Shown in pieces: positions 54,533 to 64,000 of a stretch of DNA of 64,000 nucleotides. The notes under the pieces are model-generated. The model worked only from the letters and a program-made list of their open reading frames with translations. It was not told the DNA's origin and did no database searches. Within the stretch, counting starts at the first letter, position 1. The number at the start of each line of letters is the position of its first letter. This DNA comes from Eledone cirrhosa. Taxonomy: Eukaryota. Both the position numbers and the translations under genes were made by a program. The DNA lies in NCBI GenBank assembly GCA_964016885.1, contig OZ024742.1, positions 75,702,001 to 75,766,000 on the forward strand, read 5' to 3'.

Positions 54533-54973
54533 ATAAAGTTAAATAAAAGTCAAATGATTAAAATTTAGCTTCGTTTATTGCTGCTATATATATTTCAGTG
54601 ACAGCCATCTTTGGCTGTGACCTCTTCAGGCAGTTTGAATTAGTATGGTATAGACAAGTACATATGTTGTTTAGGTGTATGATATTGTCAATACTCTGAT
54701 ATGCCCAGTTCCTTGTTGGGTTGTTAATTCACTGGGGAACTGGAGTCATATCTCATATGACTCCAGTTCCCCAGTGAATTAACAACCCAACAAGGAACTG
54801 GGCATATCAGAGTATTGACAATATCATACACCTAAACAACATATGTACTTGTCTATACCATACTAATTCAAACTGCCTGAAGAGGTCACAGCCAAAGATG
54901 GCTGTCACTGAAATATATATAGCAGCAATAAACGAAGCTAAATTTTAATCATTTGACTTTTATTTAACTTTAT
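54533..54973. repeat. 441-bp fold-back palindrome (219-bp arms, 3-nt loop) with two hammerheads
   Basis: Arms appear to be perfect reverse complements around ctc at 54752-54754. Confidence 0.96.
54873..54925 (+). ncRNA. Type I hammerhead ribozyme (mirror copy on minus strand at 54581-54633)
   Basis: ctgc CTGAAGA ggtcacagcc aaagat ggctgtcact GAAAT atat ATA gcag, followed by AATAAA. Confidence 0.85.
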
Positions 54974-55075
54974 TTTACACTACTCCGGAGTAACCAAACC
55001 AACCTGCGCACTTCGTCGAGTGCTCCAGCCTGCATACTGATGTGTTGGTATACAACCAACATAAACTGAAAATCA

Positions 55076-55129
<54 letters not shown>

Positions 55130-56859
55130 TATGCAGGTGTTGACCTGTGAGAAGAGTGTTTGTTTTTCGAGTTTTGTTGTCTTTGTCTTGTGTTGCCCAC
55201 CTTTTCTTAATCCATACTCCATATAGTCTTATTCACGCGGGCATTTTTAACACCTATCAAAAATAGACTTTACACCACCCCATATCTATCTTGCTCTCAT
55301 CCTTTCTTTTTCTAATACTCTGCTTCCCGTCATTTTTATTTGGCTTCGTACGTGGGACTGTTCTAATATATTGTTACTCTATATGCTTTTCTCCTTCTTT
55401 TGTCTATGTTACCACACATCACATATCTATATCTTCCATTTCAGTTGAATCACATTATTTGTTCAATCTTTCTTTTACTTTATTTATGTAATTCGCCAAA
55501 ACGATATTCCTTTCAGTGCCTTCCTGATTTGTTACGTCCCAATGCGTACTGAAATAAATAATATCAACGTTCGTATACTGTTATTTTTTCTGTTCTCTTT
55601 TTGCTCTGATCTATATATGTATACAGGCATATAATAAAATAGTTAAGATGCAAATCAACATATCTCGATGCGCAACTATTTTAAATATGTATTGAACGTC
55701 GGTCGATAATTTCTCAGTAGTAGCATACTACTTGAAGTAAGTTACATGTTTTTTGCAATGTGTAAATGCTAATTATATTTAATATCTTCTAGTGCTTCAT
55801 ATCTCTATAAAACGGATATCCTGCACCTGCCTTTAGCATTAATATTAAAATTGACATCATTTGGAACCAAAATAATGTCTATGTTAGTTTTTTTATTTAA
55901 AAATTAATTTTTCTTCTTCCATTACTTTTTTCTCTTTTTCTCCATATTCTTTTTGTATTTTTAGTGATAGGCAAGTTTATCTTGCAGAAGCTAGATTATA
56001 GACTAAATTAATTTATATAAATGAAGAACACGATTTCATTATATATTTCTCATAAAGTATGAGAAACAAGAACTTTTAGTGATGTTTTCTCTCTTTAAAT
56101 AATTTATTACATTTCATAACGAGGTAGAATGTATAATATAAACGTCGGAGATAAAAATATCATTACTACGATGAGAAAGTCTGTAAAACACAGCAGGCTG
56201 AACTGTAATATAATAAAGTCTCTGTATTTTGTGTTTTGGAGGATTTTTAATTCAAACTTGTAAAAGAGTTAGAAATAAATTTATACTACGGATTTTAAGA
56301 AAGCAAATCTTTTATAGAAGTATGAAGTCGCTTTTTAATTAACTCGCGTTGCAATTTCATGTTTGATATTTGTCCATTAAAGAAAATAATATATCAGTAA
56401 AAAAAATATGTTTTTCATAAATGTTCATCTTTTTGCTCACATACATTACTTAACATAATAATTCATTTGTCAATATAAGCGGATATATTATTCCATAAGT
56501 GCGCGCACGACAAATATAATTTACATCATGGTTTACTACTGAGTTAAGGTCACATATATGGAACGTCTATGTAATGATCTCAAATCAATTTGTCGTCTTG
56601 TATTGACTTATATAGAACTGCATGCGTGGTGGTTTTAACTCATTTCATATATTGATATTTGATATTTGTTATTAATTAAATTACTCACACTGATATTTAA
56701 CCGAAATATGTTGTTATTGTAAAGGGGTGTTATCATATTAAAAGTGTTTAGAGAATACTGACATGTAAACGTGCAACATGGCGTTTAATTTAATTTCTAT
56801 TTACATGAATGGATGACTATAACATAATTAGAAAAACTCTACACATTTAAAAACGGAAA

Positions 56860-57245
56860 AGGAAGAGGAAGGGCTCTAGGGCCACAGCAGATTGGGGATG
56901 AAAAGGGGGACGGTGATGTCCTCTGGGCTTAGGGCATGGCGGTGTTGGAGTTTCGGCCTGCGACAAGACCGCAAAAGCCTTTCCGCGGGGCTCCTTCCTC
57001 AGACGGGTTGCTGACTCTCCGCTCTTGCGGCTCGGGTACCGAGTACTCCTGAGGTCTCCACGGCGACCTGTTGCGAAGAAGAAGCGGCCGGAAAATCCCC
57101 AGTATTTGTTTGTCTTCATCTCCTCTGCATTGTGGGCCGCAGTACGGGGGTTTGTGGCCGAAGCGATTAAGTTGGAGGCGGCAAACGTGTCGCAACATAT
57201 GGCGTCTCAGATGAGGTAATGAGGGATCGACTTCCTTTTAATGAG
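56860..57245 (-). mobile_element. CRE-like non-LTR retrotransposon 3' relic (RLE endonuclease)
   Basis: LI*DAICCDTFAASNLIASATNPRTAAHNAEEMKTNKY...FFF/QVAVETSGVLG matches the CRE-type C-terminus (WDAT..D....AE..K..KY....PVAVET.G..G). Confidence 0.75.
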
Positions 57246-57825
57246 GAAGGGTAATCTGAATATAATATTTTAGGCTGACGCCAATTATCATAAAATATAG
57301 GATTTTTTTAATAGCTCTGATTAACTATACGTTACACATTTGGTGAGACGTATTAAATTTAGAATGTAGTTTTTCTCTACTTCCATGGTGATATAATACT
57401 ATTTGTGTAGGCAAATAATCAATACACTTTATCAGGCATACACTCTGAAATTATTTATCTTGCTTTAGGTTCGCAAATACCTTTGGAAAGACATCTGTGT
57501 AAAATCTCATTCGGAATACTGACGAGGTTTTCTACTACAAAAATTCTAAATAATTCATAACGCAACTGTGTGTTATCTATGTCGAGAAGTAGAGGAAAAT
57601 GTTTAATGAAATATGAACTATCTCATATATATAAAGTAACTCTATTTCTGTAACTATCATAATGATTTGAAACGACAGCACTACTGAAAATGTTTCCTTA
57701 CATATTTGATCAAAACCTCGATAAAAATGTTCAGATATATTAATAGTTTCTGATTTAGACACAAAGATAATAATTTCCGAGGGAGGGGCGAGATCATTGA
57801 ATGGATCCCAGTTCAGATATAATAA

Positions 57826-58005
57826 TTATTTCTACTTTTAGCACAATGCCAGCAATTATTCCAGTCCATTACTGGTACTTACTTTATCGACCCTGTAAGG
57901 ATGAAAGGCAAAGTTTACTTCGACGGGATTTGAACTCAGACCTTAAAGGGACGTAGCTCTATGCTGCAAAGCATGGCGTCCTACCCTGTACTGATTCTGT
58001 CAATC
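57826..58005 (-). mobile_element. tRNA-derived SINE
   Basis: Full-length diverged family match. Confidence 0.88.
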
Positions 58006-58569
58006 AGCACGTATTTGATGACAAATTAATTTCTACGTTCGACACATCACACATGTCACAATGCATGAATTTGGCCTGGCAGTGATGAGATATGCAACAT
58101 TCAGTTCAATGAAACTTGATGGTAACAAGCCATCTTACCTATCCGATAGGACGGCCTCGATGTTCGGTCTCAAGTTTCATTTGCATTACATTTACCTCTT
58201 TCGTGGCTGACCTCAGGTTTTCACAACATTTTAGAGCCTACTACAAGAAAATGATACGAGGCGGATTACACATATTGGAGACCAACTGACCTCCATTCTA
58301 TATATGTTCAATCCCCATAGCACATATGGGACACACTCCTCCGCTTCATCCTCATATTATGGCATGTTTCTACTCTATTTTTCAAACCTATTGTGGTGGC
58401 TAGTCGAACACCCTATTTTTCCGGTGAATTGCTATCCAACTTGACAGTGACTGTTTCCTTATCAGTCCTTCCACGAGGCTAGATTTACGGTCTGGGTGTT
58501 ACTCAAATGTCAATTCAGATCCACTTTAGAAGATTTCGGTCTGTAACCTCTGTAATGACACCTTAGTGT

Positions 58570-58780
58570 GTGTCACCACAGAGGGCATGCTTCTTTCAAT
58601 GTGATCATTACGATTGGCTTAAAAGCTGTTAGCTTCCTATCACAGTTCAGCTCGATGGCGTTAGATCGAATCAACGGCAAAATAACAGCTGGTTTCACAA
58701 TATTCCCATGTCACGCTAGAAAAGTTCTCATATGGGATGCGAGATGCAGTGTCATCTTCAGGAGCAACTTGATGAATTGA
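58570..58780 (+). mobile_element. CRE-like RLE domain relic
   Basis: HASFNVII..GL...SFLSQ....LDRINGKITAGFTIFP...KVLIWDARC resembles RH..LN.II.RAL...EP.GL.R.DGKRPDG.T.FP..G..L.WDATC. Confidence 0.65.
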
Positions 58781-59669
58781 GTGACAGTCCTAATTTTCAT
58801 TGCTCGAAGGGTATGTTGAAGTATCAACCCCTTTCCGTTGAGTTTATCACTGAATCTATAGCAATCCTGGGCCGGCGAACGACTTCTATATACACTGCTA
58901 TTTGACGGAATCTCGTTCGTATTGAAAACAGGGTTGCATCTATTGGCATGAAAACGTAGACTGACAGTACGTCTATAACTAACTAGTTGCGTCCCTTGTC
59001 AAAGAAAACATGTAAGCATCGCATAACGATATGAATTAGAACATACTTAATGCTTGCATAAATGTAACATCAAACCGGTCAGTAAAAACAATATTTAAAA
59101 CATGTATATAATATATTTTTTATGAACGAATTTATATTCTGATCAGCAATAAAAATATGTTATCTCCCAAATTTCTCTAAGCCACTTCAAATTTTTTACA
59201 ACCCTATTCCTCCATTATAGAATTACTTTTCCTGTTTTGTGTTATTTTTAAATTTTCTGTGTTCCTTTCCTACGTACTCTTCCTTGCCTTTTCCTCTTCT
59301 GTGTTTTACTTTGTTTCCTTTTCTCTCTGAGTATATTTCCTAATTCTCCCATCCCAATGGTCATGCAGAATTCGTCGTATCTTCGCTAATACATCGACAC
59401 ATTGCCTCATTTTCCTCGCTTTGTGGTTTTTCTAAATATATTTTTAATCCCTTGACATTGTAGTATATTCTGAGGACCATATCAGTACACAGGAGAAAGA
59501 GGTCAGGTGTAAGAAGACACATTTTCCTCAATATTTTAACTGGTCAAATGAAGGCAACTGATGAATGTGTAGGTGGTTATATAGGGATTTACTGAAAAGT
59601 TTGAAATGGGGATGTAATACACACACAGACATATATATATATACAATTACACATTTAGGCACGAATACG

Positions 59670-59703
<34 letters not shown>

Positions 59704-60183
59704 TACATACATAATATCGTACATGCACATATGTACGTACTACATATACATATGAAGGTGTTTACATATATGTAAATATACATACATGTACACACAAACA
59801 TACATAGAAAAAACGTACGATAAAATATATTAGAAATTAAAAAAAATAATATGAACATTTTTTTTTATATGCAAATGCGTATATATATATATATATACGA
59901 GCACACGAACCTAAACACACACACACATATACATATATATAATTATAATTATAATAATAAATTTGAAGACTAAAATTCAAATATATATATATATACATTC
60001 TGAGTTCAAATCCCGCCGCGGTTAACTTTGCCTTTCATCTTTATGGTGCCAAAAGCAGAAACAATTATTACTATATATATATATATTTTATATATATATA
60101 TATAATATATATATATAGTATATATATATATATATATTATATATATATATATATATAGTATATATATAATATATATATATTAT

Positions 60184-60241
<58 letters not shown>

Positions 60242-60309
60242 ATATATATACTTCGTATTTGAATTTGTTTTGCAAGAATTCATGTCTGAAAATGTGTGTT
60301 GAAACAGAT

Positions 60310-60610
60310 ATTGTTATACTTTTGGAGGGACATGCTGTCAACAAAAGCACACCCACCTGTTGGTTTTCACTTCAACTTATTATAAATTGTGTCACAACAC
60401 ACAAAAACAAGATGGTCTAGGACATAACAAAGGAGAGACAAAATAAACAGTCACTGAACAGGTCACTTAACATGAGACGAAAGCGCTTTGACAATATATA
60501 AACAACCATCCGATTATCGAACGAACCAACCGGAAATTTATTATAAATTCAAATGAAATTCAACAGGTGCATGTGTTTTTATTGGCACCATGACCCTCCC
60601 AACGTATAAT
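60310..60610 (+). mobile_element. Solo PLE pLTR with terminal inverted segment and degenerate HHR
   Basis: 60310-60385 is approximately the reverse complement of 60535-60610. HHR at 60450-60492: gtca CTGAACA ggtcac..gagac GAAAG cg CTT tgac. Homologous to 4160-4400. Confidence 0.7.
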
Positions 60611-60626
60611 GATACCCCCTCCCCCC

Positions 60627-60668
<42 letters not shown>

Positions 60669-61345
60669 CACATATCTATACATACAAATATGTGTATATA
60701 CATGCACATACCAATACACGCACATATATAAATAAATACATAATTAAACACAAACATGCAAATATATATATTTACATATACAAATAAAATAAAATATAGA
60801 GTTAATAACTCATATAGATACCCTGCAATTAACAAGCTCAAAGTATAAATACTGAGCATTATAATATTAATATATGTAGAAGTAAACACAGTAAACCCGT
60901 GTCTAAAATTACGAGGGTAGATTACACAGCAAATGTTATATATCATTCAACCTGAATCATATGGGATGTTACAAGATTTCTTACAAGATTTCTCATAGAT
61001 ACCATATCAATAACCATTTCATCTCCCGGACAGACTAAATATTTAATCTGTTTCGCCCTGAATGAATCGTGTTTGTAACAAGTAATCCGTAGGCATTTCG
61101 TCAGCAGGAGATGAGATTAAATGTTACATAACACCTATAATAATAAACTCACTAAAGCTTACACCTCGTGCGTTGAAAGTCATATCCGGTGCGAGTGGTT
61201 ATGCTAGAAATAATAGCATATTTACACTCAGTTTTATACGCTCAACAGATAAGGACGAAATACAAATAAAATATAAAGTTAATAACTCATATAGCTACCC
61301 TGCAATTAACAAGCTCAAAGTATAAATACTGAGCATTATAATATT

Positions 61346-61625
61346 GATAAAATAAAGTACCAATAATGCACTGGATAATTGCTGGCCTTGTGCCAAACCA
61401 AAAGTAGAAACAATTATAATATTAATATGTGGATTGGCGGTAGATTGGCAGTATCAGTAGAGAGTCGGACGCCATGCTTTGCAGCAAAGAGTTACGGCCC
61501 TTTATGATCTGAGTTCAAATGCCGCCAAGGTTAACTTTACCTTTCATCCTTACGCGGTCGATAAAATAAAGTACCAGTAATGTACTGAGTAATTGCTGGC
61601 CTTGTGCCAAAAGTAGAAACAATTA
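61346..61625 (+). mobile_element. Truncated + full-length tandem tRNA-derived SINEs
   Basis: 3' half at 61346-61415 and full copy at 61436-61625; attataatatt repeated at the junctions. A further deleted copy lies at ~59997-60068. Confidence 0.88.
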
Positions 61626-63704
61626 TAATATTAATGTGTAAAAGTAAATACAGTAAACCCGTGTCTAAAATTACGAGGCTAGATTACATATATGAATATG
61701 AATATACAATTTCAATACATGCATACATATATACTACGGACGGGTGGGTGTGTGGATACTGTCGTAGGGGAAGGTGGAGGAAGGCGGGGGATGGTGGGCG
61801 ATAGTTTTCATGACGGCAGTAGCGTACGCTGAAGATTATGGGAATATTAAATTACGAAATATGAAGTATAGAGCTGTGATATTTAAGGTAGGTTGAATGT
61901 ATGATGATGGTACAAGCTATGACGGGTGAATGAGTGAGTGGCGGCAGGGTGGAATTGGTGTTAAGTATATATGTGAAATTCATATCAGGTATGAATATAT
62001 CTGATGGAGATATAAATGGATTCAATACAATGAAGTTTATGGAAATATGAATATCATGGAAGTATATATGATGAGGATAGTGGGATGGCAGAGTGGTGTG
62101 GGGGTCAGGTAGATATAACATATTAAGGTATGAGGAAGAAAGGAAGTAAGCGTAAATTGTGTTCTGAAAAAAAAAATAAAGAAAACAAAATGAAAGATGA
62201 AAAGTTGAAAAATTGTAAAGATGACAAAAATGACAAAATGACAAAATGGAAGTAAAGAAATAAGAAAAAAAAATTAAAGAAATCAAAATAAAAACAAATA
62301 CAATTAAAAAAATCAAGAATTAAAAAATTGTAGCATTTAAAAATGTATAAATAACAAATTTGAAAAATTAAAGATTGAAAAATTATAATCATAATATAAA
62401 ATAATATGAAGTAAGATAAAATATAAGGATTAGAAGAATATAAGCATGGTTAAGCTCATGGAAAATGGTATTATTGTATATAATGTATGGCATATGACAT
62501 ATAAGATAGGTGAAATATATGAAACATTGTTGTTGATGCTGTGTCACCCGCAGTTATTGAGGCTTAGTGTGTGTCAGTGGTTGCCGAGATGTAGAGTCTA
62601 GACGGGGTGTGGGTATGGGTGTCTTCCAGCATTTACAAAATGCGGTACACCTCGATATCCGGCGTGTATTCTGTGGGGTAGTGGGTTAACCGATGTACTG
62701 TCGAGTGAGCAGATATGTTTGACACGACATAATCAGAGCTTTTTTGTTTGTAACCAGAACAGTGTTTTCTCCCGAGAGTTCAATAACAACGCTGTATTTA
62801 AGTGTTAAAATCTATGTATCGTTCATATAAATAGATGCGTTGCAATATATTTACAGTTCAAACACTTATGTAGAAATACTGTATGTAATCTTTCCGCAAT
62901 ATCTAGATCAACGTTTCCCATATATGGTATTTTGCCTTCATATAAGCCGTAATTACATACGTCCGATCATCGGACTGGCCACACCGGTCGCCATAAGTAT
63001 ATATGTATGTACGTATGCATGTAGGCATGTATTTAGGTATGTGTGTATGTATGCATGTATATATGTATGCATGCGTGCGTTTGTGCGTGTCTGTATGTGT
63101 TTGTGTAGGTTTGTTTGTGTGAATGTGTCCGTGAGTGTTGCCATGCAATATTTTACGTTAAAATCCTTACATCAGAAAGCGGTAGTCTAATAATAATTGA
63201 TTCATATATCATTAATATCAAATTTCTCCATCTTTAATTTCAGATATGGTATTTGATTAACATTTAATTAGTAATATTTCTATTTTATAAATATTTTCAA
63301 AAGCAGTTAAATTTCAATGTCAAATATTTTGCAGAAATGAATGTTTGTATAGTTATGATTAACTAAATAATTATTTAAGAAGGTAAAAAATTCCCCGTCA
63401 TATTCTTGTAAAATTAAATTAAGGAATGTGGTGGAAAACATTGAATAACAGGTTTAACGAACGATCAAGTCAAATACAGCTCATTTACATACTGTCCTGA
63501 ATACTACGTGAAATTTATATTTCCACATCGCTCTTTTCAGTCTTCAAAGCTGAGGAAAATATTTTCATTTTCGGAATTATCTAAATATCAACCAAACGAC
63601 GTTCTTTTAAATTGCGTTTTTATTATTCACCTCACACTCCTTCCCTTTAGCTCTTAATATACGTATATATATATACGTGTGTGTGTAATATATGTATATA
63701 TACG

Positions 63705-63743
<39 letters not shown>

Positions 63744-64000
63744 CTGTGTCTGTGTGTGTGTCATTGCATGTGTGAATGTAATTATGAATATAATTTAATT
63801 TGTACGTAATGTATAATATGTCCTTGAATGAAATTGTAAATTTGATTTTGAATTTTAAAAAACCTTAATATTACGAATAAAGTTAATTTTGTAAAATGTT
63901 GGACATTAAATTGCCAAGGGAAGGAATTCTCATTTAGAATTTGGAGGAAAAAATGAATTCGTTTTATAAACATATCCATATATATGAAGGTCATGTGGAT

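Noticed and set aside
61852-62400. Hydrophobic F/I/L-rich ORFs resembling membrane proteins (also 43301-43516)
   Set aside because: They arise from A-rich low-complexity tracts, probably retroelement UTRs.

Overview
This is an AT-rich, microsatellite-dense eukaryotic window with no recognisable host protein-coding gene. The repeat content looks cephalopod/Octopus-like (inference). Most ORFs in the track are microsatellite or antisense artefacts. Recognisable content: Penelope-like retroelements (PLEs; RT YRDD + GIY-YIG), including a young copy with a 514-codon uninterrupted ORF and a 434-bp inverted terminal repeat; about 12 copies of a tRNA-derived SINE; RTE and CRE-like LINE relics; mariner relics and MITEs. 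The most striking signal, found by eye, is a dense set of type I hammerhead ribozyme (HHR) motifs (stem I - CUGANGA - stem II - GAAA - short, mostly palindromic stem III - NUH - stem I'). There are at least 13, intact or degenerate, in about 8 otherwise unrelated sequence families. They sit in PLE termini, in 440-650 bp non-coding units with direct repeats (retrozyme-like; one family is circularly permuted between copies) and in near-perfect fold-back palindromes carrying two outward-facing ribozymes. HHRs in PLEs and retrozymes are known; the fold-back doublets, long stem II variants and permuted units are the parts worth testing. No activity or database match was verified, and coordinates of degenerate elements are approximate.
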